Virus record (IMG/VR): IMGVR_UViG_3300012940_000015
Location: 1-38,412 of that record
Strand: one strand, 5' to 3'
Length of the DNA stretch: 38,412 bases
From: a virus
Lineage: Duplodnaviria > Caudoviricetes
The first letter of the stretch is position 1; every line of letters starts with the position of its first letter. Shown piece after piece: positions 34,704 through 38,412 of this stretch. A program made the position numbers and the translations under genes. The notes under the pieces were generated by a model, which did not search any database, was not told the DNA's origin, and saw only the letters and a list, made by a program, of their open reading frames with translations.

Positions 34704-34707
34704 AGGT

Positions 34708-34839
34708 CTACGGGCTGGCGAAACCCATCCATGCGCCCAGCGCCAGCAGCCCCACCAGGACCACGACGAAGAAGCACATGAACAGCCACGCGGCAGCCTT
34801 GGAGCCAGCCCTGTACTCGTCCTGCTCGCCCCACGTCAT
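34708..34839 (-). CDS. 43-aa membrane peptide
   Basis: MTWGEQDEY...WLFMCFFVVVLVGLLALGAW; ATGA overlap. Confidence 0.55.
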   Translation of the reverse strand: MTWGEQDEYRAGSKAAAWLFMCFFVVVLVGLLALGAWMGFASP

Positions 34840-34964
34840 CGCTGGTCTCCGATGCACGCGGTCTCCGAATGCTCCACGTGGTCGCACCAGACGGACAGGG
34901 CGCCGATGGGGAGGTCGACCTGGCCGCAGTCGCACATCACGACGCGCTCCCGGCAGTGGCTCAT
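34836..34964 (-). CDS. 42-aa Cys-rich peptide
   Basis: Coupled at both ends. Confidence 0.45.
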   Translation of the reverse strand: MSHCRERVVMCDCGQVDLPIGALSVWCDHVEHSETACIGDQR

Positions 34965-35380
34965 GCTGCTACTCGCAATCTGTAGAGAGGCTGCGGACGT
35001 CCGGCGTTCTTGCCAGCGACGTCCGTGGATTCGTTGATGCCGATCCGCTCGATCAGCTCGGCCTTCTTGGCGACCGCGAACGCAGTGCCGATGTGCTTGG
35101 GTTCGATCCGGCCACGCACCAGGGGGCGGACCTTGTTGGCGTCGACCTCGCCACCGTTCTCGGCGGCCACCTGCTTGATCGCTGCGAGGAACGTGCGCCA
35201 TTCGGCCTCGGTGACCTTGCCCTCCGCCGCGACGTGGGCCGCTGCCCTCGCCTCGACCAGGGCACGCGCCTCGGCTTCGGCAGCCCTGGCCTTGTCGCAG
35301 TCAGGGCAGACCCAGGTGGCGCCACGTTGGCGAGGGGCGTGGGCGAGGTTCTTGCACTCGCCGTAGTCGGTGCTCATCAC
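34961..35380 (-). CDS. Hypothetical protein with Zn finger and winged-helix-like C-terminus
   Basis: C...H...CPDC; VDAN.VR...; N.GRP...YRL. Confidence 0.65.
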   Translation of the reverse strand: MMSTDYGECKNLAHAPRQRGATWVCPDCDKARAAEAEARALVEARAAAHVAAEGKVTEAEWRTFLAAIKQVAAENGGEVDANKVRPLVRGRIEPKHIGTAFAVAKKAELIERIGINESTDVAGKNAGRPQPLYRLRVAA

Positions 35381-35538
35381 GCGCCCCTAGAGACCGGGCA
35401 GTCATAGAGGCACGGGGTGATCTCGTCCCACTCCGGCGCCGGCTGCTGGGTGACCGGCTCGGGGCGGGTCAACAGGAAGGCGATCAGGACCGCGGCCAGG
35501 ACGGCAGCGAGGGTGAGGGTTGCGCGGAGGTCGGTCAC
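35377..35538 (-). CDS. 53-aa membrane/secreted peptide (not in the ORF track)
   Basis: MTDLRATLTLAAVLAAVLIAFLLTRPEP...; GTGA overlaps. Confidence 0.55.
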   Translation of the reverse strand: MTDLRATLTLAAVLAAVLIAFLLTRPEPVTQQPAPEWDEITPCLYDCPVSRGA

Positions 35539-35563
35539 TTCGCACCCCCGGACCGCTCGCTGA

Positions 35564-35611
35564 CCACAACATGTTGTGCGTCCGGCGTGTCGACACCCGT
35601 AGATGTAGGGA
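35564..35611 (+). promoter_or_regulatory. Tandem NrdR-box-like operators, 32 bp apart
   Basis: CCACAACATGTTGTGC (35564-35579) and CCCGTAGATGTAGGGA (35596-35611) versus the consensus acaCwAtATaTwGtgt. Confidence 0.6.
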
Positions 35612-35651
35612 TACGTCGATAGAGTGTTCGAGATGAAAGGAGGTAACCGTT

Positions 35652-35765
35652 ATGGCCGCAAAGAAGAGTGGGTCGGGGAAGGCCCGCAGCGCCAAGACGG
35701 GTCGCTATGTGACGAAGAAGCACGCCAAGGCGAACCCGAACACGACTGTCATCGAGAAGTCGTGA
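35652..35765 (+). CDS. 37-aa basic micropeptide MAAKKSGSGKARSAKTGRYVTKKHAKANPNTTVIEKS (antisense moron)
   Basis: Near-perfect AAGGAGGT RBS and TAGAGT -10 at 35620-35625. The RSAKTGR.V....A...P.TT..E motif is recognisable from a widespread small-protein family. Confidence 0.8.
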   Translation: MAAKKSGSGKARSAKTGRYVTKKHAKANPNTTVIEKS

Positions 35766-35839
35766 CGTAATCCCGGCAGGGGAATCAAGGGCGGGGTCAG
35801 TCGTGGAGCGACTGGCCCCGTCGTTCGTCTTGACGTGCA

Positions 35840-36031
35840 TCACGAGGCTACACCGCCCTCGGCCAGCCAAGCCTCCAGCGACTCGGCCTCGTACCGCACC
35901 AGTCGGCCGACCTTCACAAAGGCCGGCCCCGTCTTCCGCCAGCGCCACTGCGCCAACGTCTGCGGCTGCACTCCCAGGTACTCGGCCGCCTGAGTGGATG
36001 TGAGAAGCGCCCGCTGCTGGGGGCCGTTCAT
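35840..36031 (-). CDS. Xis/AlpA-like HTH_17 protein
   Basis: LLT..QAAEYLGV...TL..WR....GP.FVKVGRLVRY. Confidence 0.85.
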   Translation of the reverse strand: MNGPQQRALLTSTQAAEYLGVQPQTLAQWRWRKTGPAFVKVGRLVRYEAESLEAWLAEGGVAS

Positions 36032-36071
36032 GATGCGGCCCGCCGGGTGGGGGAGGTGAGGTCGACGGCGG

Positions 36072-36257
36072 TCATGCGTCCACCAGCCCGTCGAACCAGG
36101 CGTCGAGTTCGGTGACGCGAATGAGGTACTTGCCACCGCCACCAGCGCCGGACTTCTTCGCGCGGAGGTTGCCCGCGTAGATGGCGCGCTTGACGGTGGG
36201 AACTGAGACGCGGAGGTACTCGGCGGCCTCGTCGAGGGTGAGGTACGCGGCGGTCAT
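36072..36257 (-). CDS. Excisionase-like HTH_17 protein
   Basis: YLTLDEAAEYLRVS..TV.R.I..G.L.A.K...Y.I....LDAW. Confidence 0.85.
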   Translation of the reverse strand: MTAAYLTLDEAAEYLRVSVPTVKRAIYAGNLRAKKSGAGGGGKYLIRVTELDAWFDGLVDA

Positions 36258-36874
36258 GACGGCACCAGCCAGTCGCGCACGTCGGAGCCCTTGACCTTGA
36301 CTTCCTTGCCGCACTGGTAAGCCTCCAGCCGCCCGGACTGGATGGCGCGCTGTACGGCCCTGTCGGTGAGTCCGGTCTGGTCGGCCACTTGGGCGATGGT
36401 CAGCATCGCGTCGGCACGGACGGCCGCGTTCGTCGGCGCTTCGCCACCACGCATCAGGCGGTCGAGTTCACGGCGGCGGCTGGCGATCCGCGCAGACTCC
36501 TGTGCGGCGACTCGCTCGGCGCGACGGGCCTCGGCCAGCAACTGAGCACTCTCGCGGCGCTTCCGCTCGGCGGCGCGCTCGGCCTTCTCGCGCTGGTTCG
36601 CCTTCGCCTTGCGCGGCTCCCTCGCCTCGTTCGTCGCGAGGCCAAGGACACGCTTGGCGACGGCGATCTGCGTGCGGGCAGCCAGCTCGCTCATGTGGGT
36701 GTCGAACTTGACGACAGTCTCGGGCTCGTTGGCGTGGGTGAACAGCCAGCGGTCCTTGCGCAGCTTGCGATCGTCGTGATTCAGGTCGAAGCCTGCCGAC
36801 GAGCACAGGTCGACGCCGTCCTTGATGATGCGCTTCACGATGCGGTCCTCCATCCGGTCTCGCCGATCCGCCAC
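36254..36874 (-). CDS. Protein with coiled coil and C-terminal HTH_17
   Basis: MLTIAQVADQTGL...AV.RAI.SGRL.A; the start may be the ATG at 36853. Confidence 0.7.
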   Translation of the reverse strand: MADRRDRMEDRIVKRIIKDGVDLCSSAGFDLNHDDRKLRKDRWLFTHANEPETVVKFDTHMSELAARTQIAVAKRVLGLATNEAREPRKAKANQREKAERAAERKRRESAQLLAEARRAERVAAQESARIASRRRELDRLMRGGEAPTNAAVRADAMLTIAQVADQTGLTDRAVQRAIQSGRLEAYQCGKEVKVKGSDVRDWLVPS

Positions 36875-37149
36875 TTGCGGATCGTTGGCTTGCGCGGGCT
36901 CGGCGCCTGTCGCATCAGCCAGTCGATGAATGACGCCCGGTAGGTCTCGCCGGACGTGACGAGCGGGCGCTCCTGATCGCGCTCGAATGCTCGGATCAAG
37001 GCGTGCGCCTGGGGGCGACTGACGCCGAGTTCTGCGACGAGGTAGCGCATCTGCTTCGTCTTGGTGGAGAGGTCGGGTTCCCTCTCCGCGCTGATCTGCT
37101 CAACGCGAGGCTCCGAGGAGTGCCGGGCATTGCCCGGCGGTGCGGTCAT
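36835..37149 (-). CDS. Hypothetical early protein
   Basis: ATGA overlap with the Cro-like gene. Confidence 0.5.
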   Translation of the reverse strand: MTAPPGNARHSSEPRVEQISAEREPDLSTKTKQMRYLVAELGVSRPQAHALIRAFERDQERPLVTSGETYRASFIDWLMRQAPSPRKPTIRKWRIGETGWRTAS

Positions 37150-37406
37150 GCGGCTGCCTCTGCGAGGTAGTCGATGCCGACGCCAAGCCACAGGGCGACT
37201 TGAACGAGCTCGACCACGTTGTACGGCTGCGAACCGGAATAGCGGCTCTTCGCCGTGTTGAGAGTGACGCCGAGGGCCTGGGCGAGCTCGCCCTTGGACT
37301 TGCCCTGTCGAGCCATCTCGGCTCGAACCTCGGCTGCAACACGTGCGGCCCGGGCTTCTCCAGCCTCCCTCGCGGCGCCGTTGGCGTCGGTCTGGAACGA
37401 AGTCAT
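37146..37406 (-). CDS. Cro-like XRE/BetR HTH protein
   Basis: VAAEVRAEMARQG.S..ELA.ALG......R..G......EL...A..LG; divergent from the repressor; leaderless. Confidence 0.85.
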   Translation of the reverse strand: MTSFQTDANGAAREAGEARAARVAAEVRAEMARQGKSKGELAQALGVTLNTAKSRYSGSQPYNVVELVQVALWLGVGIDYLAEAAA

Positions 37407-37494
37407 GCCAGAATCTTGGAACGGATGCATTCCAATGTCAAGCATCCGTGCCAGATTGTTTACAAACGTTCCAAGTTGCACGATGATCGACCAC
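37407..37494. promoter_or_regulatory. Lysis/lysogeny switch: divergent promoters and operators
   Basis: Minus strand reads TTGACA-17 bp-CAAGAT-6 nt-ATG. Palindrome TTGGAA-N8-TTCCAA (37416-37435) and a further GTTCCAAG half site near 37468-37475. Confidence 0.7.
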
Positions 37495-37824
37495 ATGAAC
37501 ACAGCACGTGAGCACGGCGAGCGCCTGAATGCAGCGATGCCGGCCGTAGTGGAACAAGCACGATGGAACGCCAAGTTCCGGAGCGTGCGAGCGCTGGCGG
37601 AAGCCGCCGGCATGACGCACACCTACCTCAACAACCGCCTTTCCGGGTCGGTGATCTTCTCGATCCGCGACCTCGGGGCCCTCGGGCATGCCCTCGGCGT
37701 ACCGGTGGCCGAGTTGCTCGATCGAGCGAAGGCGTTGGCTGATGCGTCGGAGGCGGATGACAGCCTGCGCGCAGCGGCCAGCACAGAGGCCGAACTCGAC
37801 CCGGGAGACCTCGAGGAGCAATGA
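37495..37824 (+). CDS. Immunity repressor (ImmR-like XRE HTH, no autoprotease domain)
   Basis: SVRALAEAAGM....L..RL.G...F...DL..L..ALGV...EL, with an acidic tail containing AA; coupled to ImmA. Confidence 0.85.
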   Translation: MNTAREHGERLNAAMPAVVEQARWNAKFRSVRALAEAAGMTHTYLNNRLSGSVIFSIRDLGALGHALGVPVAELLDRAKALADASEADDSLRAAASTEAELDPGDLEEQ

Positions 37825-38249
37825 GCAACACGTACAGCCCGTGGCGGGAGCTCTCGGACCTGCCGCACATCGACCTTGTTTGGGAGCCGCTGGTCGGTCA
37901 CCTGGGGGAGTACCGGCACTGGCGCCGACAGATCGCACTTGATCCACGGATGCATCGGCACCAGGCGCGGAGCGTTCTGTGTCACGAGCTGCGCCACGTC
38001 GAGCGTTGCGACATGCTCACGGACTGCTCGCGGGCGAACCTGCGCCAGGAGCAGTGGGCGGACCGGGATGCCGCGCGACTGCTGATCGACGTTCACGATC
38101 TCGGCGAAGTGGTCGCGGCGCACGGCGAGCACCACGTCACCCTCGCGCGGGAACTGCGCGTCTCGCTGCACACCATTCGCGTGCGACTCACGAACCTCCA
38201 TCCGGCCGAGCTGCACTACTTGCGGCGCCGGCTCAAGGAGGTCGGCTGA
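37821..38249 (+). CDS. ImmA/IrrE-family metallopeptidase (antirepressor)
   Basis: HELRH (HExxH), E..AD..AA.LLI and a C-terminal HTH-like LARELRVS. Confidence 0.9.
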   Translation: MSNTYSPWRELSDLPHIDLVWEPLVGHLGEYRHWRRQIALDPRMHRHQARSVLCHELRHVERCDMLTDCSRANLRQEQWADRDAARLLIDVHDLGEVVAAHGEHHVTLARELRVSLHTIRVRLTNLHPAELHYLRRRLKEVG

Positions 38250-38267
38250 AAGCGGTTCCGAAACAGC

Positions 38268-38287
38268 ATGGCTACGTAGATGGCTAC
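38268..38287 (+). promoter_or_regulatory. Putative integrase arm-type sites (right)
   Basis: ATGGCTAC direct repeat at 38268 and 38280, the same 12-bp period as the left pair. Confidence 0.65.
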
Positions 38288-38317
38288 ATTCGGCGTATTC
38301 TGGGCCGAAATGCAGAC

Positions 38318-38353
38318 CGGCCCCCGGTCCGCGTCTCCGCAGGCCGGGGGCCG
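38318..38353. terminator. Hairpin downstream of the tRNA 3' end and of immA
   Basis: CGGCCCCCGG / CCGGGGGCCG with additional inner pairing. Confidence 0.75.
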
Positions 38354-38360
38354 AATCGGT

Positions 38361-38412
38361 GCTTGTGGGCAGGGGCGGGGTCGAACCGCCGACCTTCCAC
38401 TTTTCAGGCGGA
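38361..38412 (-). tRNA. att core, right copy = 3' half of tRNA-Phe(GAA); the 5' half is expected just beyond the window
   Basis: Reverse complement reads TCCGC-CTGAAAA-GTGGA (anticodon arm, GAA), AGGTC, GGCGG-TTCGACC-CCGCC (T arm), CCTGCCC-A (acceptor strand). Confidence 0.9.

Larger units (their letters stand above)
1..38412. mobile_element. Complete temperate siphovirus-like prophage integrated in tRNA-Phe
   Basis: Identical 52-bp terminal repeats, integrase at one end, repressor/ImmA at the other, and a full terminase-portal-capsid-tail-lysis gene order. Confidence 0.97.

Overview
The window is one complete, exactly delimited temperate siphovirus-type prophage of a high-GC actinobacterium. 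It is bounded by a perfect 52-bp direct repeat (1-52 and 38361-38412) that is the 3' half of a tRNA-Phe(GAA) gene on the minus strand. From left to right it contains: tyrosine integrase; accessory genes (DUF3263, a 30-aa membrane peptide, a HEPN-like two-gene module, a divergent SOS-boxed gene pair); then, on the minus strand, the tail-fibre, lysis, tail, head, packaging, late-control, replication and recombination genes; and a Cro / ImmR-like repressor / ImmA metalloprotease switch next to the right att site. Best candidate for an undescribed system: a SAM methyltransferase and a Stealth-family sugar-1-phosphate transferase head the late operon, while both the major capsid and major tail proteins end in poly-serine tails, suggesting phospho-glycosylation of the virion surface. 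Other notable items are a 37-aa basic micropeptide behind tandem NrdR-like boxes, an EEP (DNase I-fold) enzyme between endolysin and holin, a symmetrical bidirectional leaderless promoter under one LexA box, a replication initiator split at a G7 run, and several RNA-structure elements. All product calls come from motif recognition and synteny by eye; no database searches were run.
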